Made by a program: the position numbers and the translations under genes. Of a stretch of DNA of 64,000 nucleotides, positions 12,442 through 25,563 are shown piece by piece (within the stretch, counting starts at the first letter, position 1; every line of letters begins with the position of its first letter). Origin of the DNA: Dicyema japonicum (taxonomy: Eukaryota; Animalia; Dicyemida); NCBI GenBank assembly GCA_011109175.1, contig RDEW01000007.1, forward strand, positions 1,068,295-1,132,294. The letters run 5' to 3'. The notes below the pieces were generated by a model. The model did not search any database and was not told the DNA's origin. It saw only the letters and a program-made list of their open reading frames with translations.

Positions 12442-12939
12442 CTACAGCTCAGACTTCAGACTTGCAGGAATGTGTTCTCAACACATGCAAAACAATGGAG
12501 GATGAACACATAGACTTGCAGGGAATGTGTTCTCAATTCTGGGAACCGACAGCTATGATGTTCTGCTGATTCATCATCCCCCATTGTTTTGCATGTGTTC
12601 TCAATTCAGTTATATGACGTTTCTGCTGTTCTTCTGATTCTTCATCCCGCATTTTTGTGCATATATCCTCGATTGCCTTTAACGATTTTTTACCCACGTA
12701 GGCTATTTCCCATTGTACACCATCTCCTAGATCCATGGGATCTTGTATTAGTGCCCAAAATGATTAAATGAAATTATCATTGAAATCACGCCATTTGACA
12801 GGATAATATTTTCAGAAACTCACTCACTTTTTCGGAAATGTTTTTATTTGTTCAAAAGTATTTTTTAAATTAAAATCCGTCCATTTATCCGCGAGTTATA
12901 GTGTCATTAACATACAACATTGAGTTTTAATAAATATAT

Positions 12940-13550
12940 AGATTAGTCTCCCCAAATAACCATTGACAAATCCTCCATATCATTCAAAATATACTCCACT
13001 TCTGTTTGACCTCATCAACGGACTTTATTACCCCCCCCAAACTGCTAATCAAAGAGAATAGAATTCCCACTAGCACGAATACACATATACTACAAATCAT
13101 CACAAATTTATTTAATTCCAATTTTATCGACGGAAATTGCTTGTATATTTCATTAATGGGAGTATTGTGATTGAGAGTATTCGACAATAACAAGTTGACA
13201 CGTGTATTTGGTTAGACAGTCTTGTAGTTTGTCATAATAATTTGTCAGCATTTCTGCGAGGTTTTCATTCATAGGTAGACAGACCGCCATTGATGGAATG
13301 TCAGTGGAGGGAGTATGCTCACATGATATGACATCAGAAAGGTAATGAGACTGCTGTTGGTAAACGAGGAAATAATAATTTTGACTTTACAAACACAGAC
13401 ATTAGTCTGTCAGCATAGTTGAATTCAACAAACACTCTCAGTGAGTCTTCCGCCTAAAATTCAATAAATGTCATGAATATTCCTTACCGAAACAGACTAA
13501 AACTTTTGATCTTCCACCAATAATCCTTAGTGAGCAAGTTTCCACACCCA
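12940..13550 (-). CDS. putative orphan gene with micro-introns and C-terminal hydrophobic segment
   Basis: GT..AG segments of ~34-37 nt separate open frames; ICVFVLVGILFSLISSL is TM-like; the frame is not fully resolved. Confidence 0.3.
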
Positions 13551-13689
13551 CAAACCGTTTTATTTTAAATTATTTTTTTAATTTAAGGTTATTATTTATT
13601 TTAAAAATATTTTTATTTGAATGGTGATGCGTGTCAAAAAAATGCGTATAAATGACAAATGTTTTCTAAAAGTTCACGACTATAAATAC

Positions 13690-13880
13690 AGTCAACCCTC
13701 TCTATAGTGACAAAATGTCCACGTAAAAACACGATGTTAACTAATTTTCAATAGTGAACAAAAAATAGAACAAAAATAAAACAAAAAATAAAAATAACAA
13801 TCAACAATAATAAAGTAATTACAAAGATCAATTAGATGCTTTTTTCAGATAATCGGATATTTTTTGTGAATGATTAGCAT
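13690..13880 (-). mobile_element. pogo/Tigger terminal remnant
   Basis: TA+CAGTCAACCCTCTCTATAGTGAC is TIR-like; minus strand QKISDYL resembles the Tigger C-terminal QxxITDFF. Confidence 0.45.
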
Positions 13881-13887
13881 GATTATT

Positions 13888-14385
13888 TTTTTGGTTAGGG
13901 TTACTGTTTAAGGTCTTCAATTAGGGTTATTGTTTAGTGCATTTGGTAATGGCTAAATTTTAGTGTCTGTGCTTAGGGTTTTTGTTTAGAGTTACTGTTA
14001 AAAGTCTTCAATTAAGGTTAGTGTTTAGTGTTTTGGCTAGGGTTATTGTTTAAGGTCTTTAAATATGGTTAGTGTTTAGTGTTTTTGTATAGGGTTACAG
14101 TTTAGTGTCTGTGCTCAGGGTTTTTGGTTAGGGTTACTGTTTAAAATTTTCAATAGTGTTTAGTGCTTTTAGATAGGGTTACAGTTTAGTGTCTGTGCTT
14201 AGGGTTTTTGGTTAGTGTTACTGTTTAAGATTTTCATTAGGGTTAGTGTTTAGTGCTTTTTGTTAGGGCTACAGTTTAGTGTCTGTGAAAGGGTTTTTGA
14301 TTAGGGTTACTGTTTAAGGTTTTTCATTAGGGTTAGTGTTTATTGAATTTGGATAAAGTTACTGCTTAGGCTCAGTGCTTATGGG
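13888..14385 (+). repeat. TTAGGG-rich minisatellite, ~85-90 bp unit
   Basis: Repeating ggttagggttactgtttaagg...ttagggttagtgtttagtg...tttagtgtctgtgcttagggttttt. Confidence 0.9.
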
Positions 14386-15049
14386 ATTGAACATATTACA
14401 AGGTTCCTTACATTCGAATTGGGATTTACACGGGACTTTGTTAACTACATCATCGGTCTCTGCAAGAAGGTTTGGGACCACCGTGGAATAACATATTGGG
14501 GAAAGAACAACTGGAGATGGGCGTACTGCCTTTGTACCTACAACGTTCTCGAGATTAAATAGGATGTATATCCGCCTTGACCAGAATATGGATGGCTAAC
14601 AAGGAAAGGGGTACCGGATGATCAGTCCAGGCCAACTGGCGGACTTGGTAGTACCTATTTCTTAACATGCTGTTTAATTAATTTTCACTTTCATTTCACT
14701 GTGGCATTGTTAAAGGCCCTTGTTTTTAAACTTTAACTTTTTCTTTATTAACAAAAAAAGTAAAGAGAATATTAATTTGAGGCTTCTTACTCAAGTCCTG
14801 ATCATAGCTTGGACTCTCCTCTGCGACTCAGACTCTCTTATGGTTCATTCCGTGCTACGACATACAAGTCAAGTTTAGCATCTCTGTTAGTTTGCAATCC
14901 TTTTCTCTGTTATTCCTCTGATCCACACTAATAGCATATCTTAGTCTCCATTTAACCTTTCGCCGACTCGTTTGTGAAGGCGATCTTGATCCTTGATTTT
15001 CGATTTTTCATAAAACAATATAAAACGCTTCTTGTATGCACTGTAATAC

Positions 15050-15700
15050 CACTATGAGTCTTGTGAAATTTGGCTGAGGTGTCCCTCAGGGCTCAGTTCT
15101 CAGTCCTCTATTATTCAACATTGTAATGAGTGAATTGCTTTGCTCAGAAAACCCACGTACATAAATTTGATGACGTCATAATTTGATGTCTCTTTAAATC
15201 CTTCAGTATCTGAGAAACGGTTGAAGACGTACATGGTTGACTTCTGATGAAAACTTAATTTCAGTTGCACATGAGAAGTCTGGTCTAGTGAGGATAACTG
15301 GATGCAGGAGGCTGGCTAACCTAAAGAACTCCGTCACAAGACATAATTCGGAAAAAGACTATAAAATACCCTGTCCTTATAATTGACGAGGGAGTAATTT
15401 TATAAAGAATGCTAAAATACGAATGATTAAGCTACGAACGCTCTGTCTGCGTTATAAAATTAAAGCTCGAGCCGGAGACCTTTGTTTATGTCTTCAACTC
15501 CGCAATACTTCCTGGAATGTTATATGGTTTATAAAAATGGTACGATTCAAAAAGGAATTGCAGACTGTGGAGGTGGAGAAAAAAAGGAAGTATGACTTTC
15601 TTGATTACGTGATAAGTTCTCGTATGCCAATTCCCTATAATTGGAAGTAAAAATGTGCAAGGTTTATGGAACTATCGAAAATCTTATTAGAGTTTCAAAA
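15050..15700 (+). mobile_element. decayed LINE RT fragment
   Basis: GVPQGSVLSPLLFNI at ~15078-15122. Confidence 0.65.
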
Positions 15701-16911
15701 ACCGCACTAAAGTATCTGGTAATTATAGAGATGATTTTGTTTCTAAAGATTTTTGTGAAGACTGTCGGGTTAGAAGTCGGTATTTCCCCAATCACTTAAT
15801 TTGCAGTGTTTACTTTAAAATAACTAGTTTACTTGAATGATGCCCACATGATTTTCTATAGAGACACCTTCCTCAAGTAGGATTGAGTCACCCAAAGACT
15901 CCGATATCGTACTTTACGGAAATAAATTTTTCCCAGTGGAATAACCATCTGACACATCACATTTGAAAGATCATCCACCACTCTATCCATTTCTTGATAG
16001 TCCTTGATACTTAACGTTCAACTAAAGGCGTCCCCATGTTGAGTGACTTGGGAGTTTGCTTCATCCAGTTTTCCATTGTACATTTACACTACATTGAATT
16101 GACCTTTCTATTGCATTTAACTTCAGAGGGATGACTTTGAGAGATTATCACATCCCCACAATTGATTCTGGATTTCCTACACGTGTTTTAAACATTTTAC
16201 TTGTGGTTTTAAGGTGGACAGACTTCGCATGCGTCCTGACATTTCAGATTCATCACTCATTCGCTTTTGTAAGGTTGAGGAAATCTCAATTGGTAGAGAC
16301 AAATGGGTTTTCAAACTATTCTCTGATTAGACGACTTTGACCGTATTTCTTAGAGGATATTAACCACTCTCTCTATTCTCAAGCCTCCCTTTCGCTATTT
16401 AGATTCGAAAACTACGTGATCTCCACTTTATGCATTAAATGATTTCAACTTATCAGAAATAACGGATTGATCTGCAAATGTGAATTCCAGCAACCATAAA
16501 TTGAGACAATGAAAATTTACATGTATTTTATTAGCGGTTCTTTATTCCTCACAGGAGTACAAGAATACGAACATTTCATATGTTTGTTCGGATTTATTTC
16601 CAGGAAGTCGAGTCGGATTTGATCATGCTTAGAGCTTTCTCGAACATCGTAGACTCCCTATTTATGATTTCGCGTTGAAACGGCAGTGTCGAGGTAAAAA
16701 ACGTTAAACTGTACAGTTCAACTGTTTGTCGATGGAATTGATACTTCATGTTAAATTACGACATAACCATTTAATGACTTTTTGGTAGTCCTTCATAGAA
16801 GATTCGATGATATCTAAGGCAGCCCTGATGTCAGTCGTGTATGATTGAATGAAATGCTTCAAGTTTGCTTGAAGGATTCGATTTTTGAATTTTCTTCACA
16901 GACCAAAAACT

Positions 16912-17062
16912 AACGCCGTCATCAGTGATTGTCTCAGGGACCCACACGCAAGCAAAAATAAAAGGAAAAGAAATTAAGAACACCATCAATGTCTCCACCT
17001 TGGATTAATCAGCATGACGTTTGTGTAAGTTCTGCCTTAGCTTAGATGAGTAATTATTATTA
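16912..17062 (+). mobile_element. SINE subfamily 2 fragment
   Basis: acgccgtcatcagtgattgtct core followed by an A-rich linker and a tail ending (tta)n; related to 5330-5537. Confidence 0.5.
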
Positions 17063-17064
17063 CC

Positions 17065-17640
17065 ACCAGGATTACTGGGTCAAAGAAAAAGAAATAAAAG
17101 GTTCTCAACTAACTAAGTGATCCCAGACAGACAAGGGAGAGGACGAGTCCGACGGGGTCGAGAATCCTGAACAGCTCTTCTCATTGGACATATGCTCAAA
17201 ATTTCTGTATAATTGTATTTATTTCCATAGTGTATGGAATAGAGGGCAGCTCGGTAAACTAGCCTCCTTTAAAAGTTTCCGTTGTAATTCGATTAAGAGA
17301 TTTTCAATGAGGTGGATTTTGTGCTCTGGTCCAATAATCCTTATTGCGGTCTCCTAGATTGCGGATAGTTTCAATGAGAAGGATCGTAAAATCTGCATTG
17401 CCCACGAAGGACTAACATGCGTCATCGTGGGTCGGATAAACTGTCGTAAATCGTGGCAAGGCTACCAGTTTGGTCTCTAAGTGTTTTTGAGAGCACTTTT
17501 AAAATTCTCATTTTCCTCAGAGCAGAAGTTACTATGTTCTCAACATGTCGGATAAAGTTGAGTCCCTGATCGAAGGTGACTCCCAGAATCTTCGGTGTTT
17601 TGTTAATAGGAATAGCCTCGTTCTTCATAAGGATTTGAAA
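17065..17640 (-). mobile_element. 5'-truncated LINE (RT C-terminal part)
   Basis: TPKILGVTFDQGLNFIRHV motif. Confidence 0.7.
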
Positions 17641-17764
17641 ACATTACTAGTGTTTGATGGAAATGCTGAATTATTATTATTTTAAATTTTAATTAATTTT
17701 TGTTAATTTTATAATTATTGAATTTTTATTTTAATTAATTAAGTCAATTAAAAACAAACTCGTG

Positions 17765-17840
17765 GCGCTGGATACATTTAATTAGTTGTTTACTTTAATG
17801 TCTTTTTCGGTGTATCAGGGGTTAATAAATAAATAAATAA
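17765..17840 (+). repeat. 3' part of the short interspersed repeat at 1335 and 53010
   Basis: ctggatacatttaattagttgtttacttt...gtatcaggggttaataaataaataaa. Confidence 0.6.
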
Positions 17841-20091
17841 ACCGTTGTTTGGCGATCGTCCCATAGACACTACCAAACAAACTACTTTGTAGTTACTTGG
17901 TAAGAGAGAGAGGTTTGGTCTGTTTGGTACAAATGTAGACAGTTTTTCTACGAGGAGATGATTCACATGAAACATAATTAACCTTGATTCCCATGATTGC
18001 GAAGAGACAAGTCCTTCCAAGCAGACAAGTTCATTAAGAACCACATTGTGAACCTTTTAAACGAATTGCTTGTCAAGATGGGAAAGAACGAATGATCATT
18101 TTTGATACCGTCTTGACATTGGGCGCTCCCTGTGACAGGTTGCTTGATGAATAATTGACTAAGAAAAGGAGAGTGACAACGAGAAGTCTTCCAAGTATGA
18201 ATGGTAGAAAATGCATTTCCCCAAATCGAACCTTATACGACGTATATTAGCATTATTATGAAAATAGCCAATGAAAATGATATAAACTAGTTAACAATGA
18301 GCCGGACAAATACGGATCAGTTTGAAAACTGGACCACGTGTGCTCTTAAGGGTTTCTTTTCCTACTTTGGATATGTCACGATCGTCCACATTGACAAAAC
18401 CGACAGGTTGGGAGTCAACTAACATTCAGGTTTATTTACATTCGCTTTAAAGGAAGATTGACGCTACAACGCCATGATCTGCGTAAAATCAATTTGCAAG
18501 GCGAATCAGGCCTTAAACACGAAACTGAACCTAAAAAGTGACCCCAACTCGCTTGTGTTTTCCATATTTTCAACATTAATTACTCGTCCGACACTGTAGT
18601 TATTGACATGCATAAAAATCTTGTTCAAACCTTCAAACATACATCCCCACAAAATGAAATTATTCGTTGCTAAGGTAATTTAGTGTTTATGTTATTTACT
18701 TTACTGATCCTTTGTTTGTAGATCAAGTCTTGGAAGACTATGTGGATTGAGAACATCCTTTCAAATTCAGCTTTGAATATCCAGTCGGTTACTTTTTCCT
18801 GAGCAAGGCTGAAAAGTAATAACGAGAGGTTGAAGACAAAGTTATCAATGACGTTTGTATGACTTTAACTTAACAACAGGAGTGGGAAATAACAGAAAAG
18901 AAGAGTTTGATTCTATAAAAGCGTAGATTTTGTACATTTGAGCTGCAACAAAGAAGAATTTGTTAGTCTTTCCCACGTGCTTATCAATAAATATATTACA
19001 AGTGGAATTCTTGGTTCTATCTATGTAAAGTTCTTTGGACTGTCCTTGACGAGACTTTGATCGAACTGTGACCAAACTCTAAAATCCAAATTTTATGCAA
19101 GAAAAACTCACATAAAATTATCTTGAGGATTGTGATGTTCAATGAAAGTGAAAAAACGTTTTTTGTGATCTTTGAAATTTAAGAGGATCGCCGAGAGTTC
19201 CAGATGGCTCAACAAGATGCTGACCGTTTTTCTAAGTAGAGGTTTCCTTGAAGATCTAAAGGAATTTGAATATAGATGTGGAGTATAGATAAATGGAGTT
19301 ATCCACCGGCTGGTCAAATTTGATATTTCCCTAAAAGTGCATATTTGGTCGAAAAGGAGACGAAAATTGTATTTTTGGTAGACGAATAAATTATACAGAC
19401 TGACCGATTGTGGACCAATAAATCTGAACATACTTGAAGCCCGCTGGCGCTTATTTGGACATATTCAACAGATGGGTGAACAAACACCATGCAATGCCGC
19501 CATGGAAGAATTTTTCGGCCATACTGTATCTCCTGCATTCAGAGGACGTCCATGAATTTGTTGTCCAAGGACACTTGAGGAGGATTACGCAGTGATCGTG
19601 GGCCGACTGATGAATACAGACGATCTGGACAAAATCTGGAAGCAAGTACGACAGCGATAAGGATGCGAAGACTAACGGACAGATTATCGAAAAACGAAAA
19701 ACATGGCACAAGCGAAACCATAAATAGTGTTCACTGGTAACATGAATGTGCTTCAACTAACTGGTGGATGAAGGAACTCTGGATGGCTGAGTCACTGTGG
19801 TCTCTTTCTGATATATTCTGGAATAATTACCCTCCGTCGATTCTAAGGTCATTAAGTTGTCACAAATGCTGCCATGTAGACCAGTTTCAAAACGTTGTTC
19901 GAAGAACTGAGGTAAATTCCAGAACTCGCGCCAGGGAACGAAATTGTCCCTTGGCTCTGTTCTTTCCTGAGCCTATACAAACCAGTCATGGAAGGGTAAC
20001 TGATTAGAAAGTAAAATATAAGCGACACAAGTGCGACTTTATGAAGTTTCCTAGAGAACCAAGTTTACTTTTTGATTTTTGAGGGGAAAGG

Positions 20092-20572
20092 ACCAAAAAC
20101 CCTAAGCACAGACACTAAACTGTTGCCATAACAAAAAGCACTAAACACTAACCCTAATGAAAATTTTAAACAGTAACACTAACCAAAAACCATAAGCACA
20201 TACACTAACTGTAACCCAACCAAAAGCACTAAACACTAACCTTAATTGAAGACCTTAAACAGTAAACCTAACCAAAAACCAAATGCATTGAGCCTAAACA
20301 GTAACCCTAAACAAAAACCATAAGCACAGACACTAACTGTAACCAACAACAAAAGCACTCAACACTAGCCCTAATGAACAGCCATGAACAGTAGCCCTAG
20401 CCAAACCCATAAAGAATTACCATAAGCAGTAACCCAAACAAAAAGCACTAAACACTAACCCTAATTAAAGACCTTAAACAGTAACCCTAACCAAAAACCC
20501 AAAGCACAGACACTAATGGTAACCAACACCAAATGCACTTAACACTAACCCTAATGAAATACCTTGAACAGT
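20092..20572 (-). repeat. TTAGGG-rich minisatellite, inverted copy of 13888-14385
   Basis: accaaaaaccctaagcacagacactaa...cactaaacactaaccctaat is the reverse complement of the left array unit. Confidence 0.9.
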
Positions 20573-21131
20573 GGCTTAGTAAAAAGAAGATGATGTCGGG
20601 GACATTTATTTCTAATGCAGGTTGCCTATCGATGAGAACCTTTATTGTTAAAGTTTATTGTGGATAAATTCCCATGCTATTTTTAGCGCTATTTGTTTAA
20701 TCGAACCTGCAAGTCACTAAAAGAATGATGGCTACAAACCAAAAGGCGCAGAAGAGGGAAGTGTATTTCCTGGGTTACACATAAGGACGTCTTCTCTAAC
20801 GTCAATCAATATAAAAATTCAATAAGTAAATGATTAATTGTTTTTTATGTTGTTTAACAAATTTTACATAAAAATTCAGATTAGCAAATTTTCCTAAAGA
20901 ATGAGATTATACTAAAGAATATCTATAAGATAATTATCATTCTTATTTTTGGTGGTATCAATTTTATAGTTTACAGCAATAAAGTAATTGAAGATCTCAT
21001 AAATTGTTGTTTTATCATTAAAAAATATTTTTTTTGTTTTATATTAAAATTATTTTATTAAACAAAAAATAAATTATTTATAGTGGTGACCCAAATAAAA
21101 ATAAAATTTATAGTTCAAATAGCGATAGAAA

Positions 21132-21565
21132 ATGATATCAATTTTCGGTTATAAGTTTTTAGTGAATCAATTTTAGGATTTTTATTACTCACTCAGATTC
21201 TTCAAGTTATTTTATTATTTAACAAATATAGATCGAAATTTCGCTCCTTCAAATCGTATATGATATTGTTAATTTCATAGGATGATGTCATACGTAATGA
21301 GCCTGATCATTACGCAGATATTGTATTTCATTTAATTCACTTGCAGACTCAAACTTGTATTATCTGTCAAAATATTCTTGGTAAAATTAATAGAGACTAT
21401 TTCGGAGTAACCTTTAACCATAAATTATAGAAACACGCCGATGAGTTTGCTACTTTGTTGTATGAAAATCGAACTGAATCTAAAATTGCCGAGAATGTAT
21501 TAGACACTCTCTTTAATTCTGATAAAACTGAATTGTGTAAGGTTTTAAAGTTTTGCCAATCCTAA
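21132..21565 (+). CDS. secreted saposin-like (SAPLIP) peptide with only 4 Cys, 6 exons
   Basis: Removing GT-AG introns 21148-21176, 21206-21231, 21256-21280, 21323-21346 and 21407-21430 gives an open ~101-aa ORF: hydrophobic N-terminus, CIICQ...LCKVLKFC. Confidence 0.75.
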
Positions 21566-22158
21566 CTTACTAACTCTCGTCTTCTCTAGGATTTAGAATT
21601 TTTTGAGTTTACTAATAAAGTTTTACCATTAAATTTCTTTAACGTGGTCATTCATCAGTTAGAATTTCTCAAAGTTCAAAAAGATAAACCTTGCGCTTAT
21701 ACTTGCTAGTCTTACAAGAGATAGGGTCTCTCTGCGATCTGACATCCATGTCTTTCGAAACGTTCACGAGTTTAACGGGTGGGGCCTCAAAACGTTCAAC
21801 AGAATAGTTATTTGTAAAGACAATCCTTTGATCCCTCCATTTCTATCCATACTGAAACATTCTTTAGAATAGCTGCTCCAGGTGTGAACTTCGATATTCG
21901 AAAAAGTGATCACTGACTCCAAATGGATTAATAGTCTCAAGTACTTCCTGAAAGTCCTTTTGCTTGTATCATTTTTCCTCTTCAGGATGAGCAAAGAGGA
22001 TTCTATTTAGCAGGGTCGGTGATTCCTGACGTTTCCACGGCGACTGGTTCATAAATGAACCGTTCATCGAGACATTCGTATTTCTTAAACTTTAAGGTCT
22101 AAACCTTCTCTGAAGCAGAGCCTGGGTTAGTTGCTATAATAACAAGGTTGGAAGGAGA

Positions 22159-22419
22159 GTTCACCTGGTGGAAGGTTCCACGCATCTACGATGCAGAAAG
22201 GGTTTGACGAGTGACGCCGTCATCAGTTGATACTCACTGCGGAACTGAATTGTCTAGAAAGGACACTCACACAAGAAAAAGAAAAAAAGTGAAAATCATT
22301 TTTTGGTTCTACGATTAGTTAAAATTAACTGTTCTTTACTTAAATAAAGTGTGTGTCTTGCCTATGCGGAGCTATAAATACTATGGCTCTCGTGAAAAGG
22401 CTTTATTAAAATTATTATT
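22159..22419 (+). mobile_element. tRNA-derived SINE, 5'-truncated copy
   Basis: Near-identical to 43360-43619 and 59540-59785. Confidence 0.9.
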
Positions 22420-22787
22420 CCACATGATGAATCGATATTTCTCCACATGATGGATAATACTACAAACAGATTTCTATTTAATTTTTTTCTGGCGTCGAGA
22501 CGTTGTATACTCTCGGGCAGATAGAGAGCTTCACTATTTTAAAGGGGAACCTAGAGAGCCTGTCACTGGAGTATAACAGACAGAGCCCGAAGATGCCATA
22601 TGGAGAGAGGGTTTAATTGGACAAGGTGCTCTAGGAGCTGTTTCAGCAAAATTAAACCTGCCTGCGAGGAAGGTTGTTTTTTTTTATTATTAGAATTAAC
22701 TTTCTAGTTGGTTAAATAAATTATTATTTATTTTAAATAATATACTCCTATCAAAATAATATTAATACACAATTTAGTCCCAACATA

Positions 22788-25563
22788 TTACTTTTTGATA
22801 TCCTTCAACTGTTTAAGCAAATTTTCCAACATTTTCCTTCTGTCTCGATCAGTCTTTTTAAACGTAAACATTGATTTCTTTTTATCAGCAGATAATAGCC
22901 TGGATTACAAAACACATACTTTTCAACAATCAAAATAACCATTTCAGACTGAGCACTCCGATAATTGTTCTCAGACTCATCCTGTGATCCTAAGTACTCG
23001 TTCCAGTCCCAGTTAACAAGGACATCAACACTCTGACAAATATTCAAATACAACTGCCTGTCTCAACGGAAGAGATAACTCCACTATAATCTCCGATTTG
23101 AGTCCAGGTACAGGATCACTCTGAGCGAATTCTAAGATGGGGTACCAGACAAACCCTCCACAGCATGGAGATTGGCACTAAACTGGAGGAGGCTGTTATA
23201 AGTGATCGTTTTGACGTCCTGGTTGGTCAACAAGGATTTGAAACAGTCAAATACAGTATCAAACAAAAATATCATAATTTCATGCGAAAAAGCCACCTTA
23301 ATTATAACAAAATAATAACTTGAAGCAATTTTGAGGAATTTATGACTTCCTTTAAAAAACAAATGACAGTTTTATCCAAATTTGTCGAAGTCTCCACTAC
23401 CTCATCTTCTTCCTTGATCCAATTGAAGTCATCTACAGTCAAAAACAACCATACATTCATTGAATATTTCCTTAACCCAATGAGAACAGTACGACTGAAT
23501 CTTCTCACGGGCGATAGTCAAGCGGGTACTCAGATCACATTCACTGCATATGACTGTGACGTAGTCACTCCTCCTGTCCGTTCTAAGAGTAAGGGATTGT
23601 CTCAACAGTGTCAAGGAAGAGATACAATCCTGTAAATATCCCCCATAGAAGATCAAATACTCCATATCCACGTAAATATGGGTCATTTCCCTCACGGAAT
23701 GACCATTCGAAGACAATTCCTCAATGTTTCTGAGAAATTGAGAGTGCATAAATCCATAAAGCAGTTTGTTTACTGCTCTTCTAATGTTAGAATCCACGTT
23801 GATTCCACTGGAGATTATACAAAAGTCACCTGTACAGAGAATGGAAGAAAAAGTCGTACAAATTCTCAACATATTGTTTCAATTGCTCACAAATTGTAAG
23901 AACAACCTCTGAGAGAGGAAGTTCGCAGGGAAACTAAAATAATCGCCATTTTAGACTGAATTTGGTGGTTTCGGGAGATTGGGGTACTTAGAGAAGTATT
24001 TGTGGTAATCGGTCTTGCTATGAACCATCAACCTGGAGTACCCACTCTTCGAGTAAACAGCCTGCACCCTTTTACCGATCTCTGATGTGAGAATGGTAAC
24101 GTATTGTTTGCTAAAGAGTATAAACACAAGTAGCTTACAACAAGGAATCCACAACAGAGGAAAGAGGGGAGAACATGAAATCCAGTTTCTGGGCTAAAGA
24201 ATCAATATACTTTCATGGCATTGGAAAAGTAAATCACGGATGTTTTGAGTACCAGAAGTAACTCAGAGTTGAAGCAGTTATTCTGACATGAAACCAACAA
24301 TCAAACCAGTAGAGCCTCAATGAATAGAACTAACTCCTTTTCAGCCAATTTCCATAAATCGTAGAGGTAAGACTTTTCACTAAACTCGACTGTGTTGGCC
24401 ACTCTATCTTCTATCATAAAGAATCTAAATTTTTTGACCATAAAACCCGGCAATATCATCAAAAAACGTTTCGTCCGACAAATCAAGTTTTGGATTCTAA
24501 AAATATTTATAAAATTCAAATAAAAGTTTACTTAATTAAATAACAAAAAATAGCAAATTACTACCGAGATTTTTTTGTTTAAAATATCAAAAGCAAGCAA
24601 AATTTGTTGTTGTCTCTGGTTTATGTAGTAATTTTCGAACTCGTCCATACTTTCCTGCAAAGTCATGGAAAACAAGGGTACCAGAAGTTGATACACGTTT
24701 ATACATTTGTGCAGAGGTATCAGATTCAGAACAGTTTTGGAGTCATTCTTCAATAATTTATAAAGATACGTTCATTTTTGCTTCAAATTCCGTGATTGCC
24801 GCATCCAGAGTAACCTTCCCGCCATCTCCCCTTGATAGACAATCCGCGTGTCTCTGGATCTATGAATAAACATACCCAGAGGACCGAACGGAGAAGATCA
24901 TATCCAAATCTGGAGGATTGGTAGCGAATCACCTCTAAGTATGTGTTAAGTTCCCGCTTAATCTCAATCTTTATCTGCCTTCGAATGTCGGTCACAAAAT
25001 TGGAAATATTTTCGTTAAATTTGAATTTTGAAATAATCAACGTATAGTGGGTCTCAAATTCTTTCAAAGACTTCATTGTTTCGCTATATTTTCCCTCAGA
25101 GAGGTAGTTTTTGATTTTATCAAACAACTCCAAGGCTAAAATGAGATGATAAGGAAACCAGACATAATGGAGACCAGGTCGTTTGTCACATGACATGAAA
25201 ACCTTTGCTTGAACTGTGACTCTGAGGAGTCGGATGACTCACTGATGATGTTGATCAGTTTATTCCCTATATTTTGAACCTGAAGGTTGATTTCAGCGAC
25301 CTCTTTCTGAAATGGGATGATAAGGGAACCATGAGGGAGGTAGATTGGTCTCTGAGTTTGAGGAGGGCAGAGCTCACGTGGATAAACTCTGTGTACTTTT
25401 GGGAGCAGATTTGTTTGATTTTGTAATTATTATTGTCAATGGCGGTCTCAACGGCTGACAAAAAGTCATTGAGGCAGTCATCCCGGGCAATTGTGTGAAT
25501 TATTTGTTGAAAGCAGTCATCCTCACTTTCAACCATATTTATTAGCTTTGAGACTGAGTTCAT
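22788..25563 (-). CDS. EXOC6: exocyst complex component 6 (Sec15), many micro-introns
   Basis: N-terminal IKQICSQKYTEFIH, central ENYYINQRQQQ, C-terminal WDWNEYL...KKTDRDRRKMLENLLKQL; most parsed introns are 20-27 nt. Confidence 0.88.

Noticed and set aside
13888-14385. True telomere
   Set aside because: No perfect (TTAGGG)n run; it is an internal, higher-order ~90-bp unit.
15700-16900. Gag-like remnants (also unassigned ORFs at 17850-20000 and 62780-63480)
   Set aside because: Fragmented frames with no diagnostic motif I could verify.
24748-24769. U12-type intron (GTATCTTT donor) in EXOC6
   Set aside because: No U12 branch-site motif within 22 nt, and donors here are highly degenerate, so a chance match is likely.
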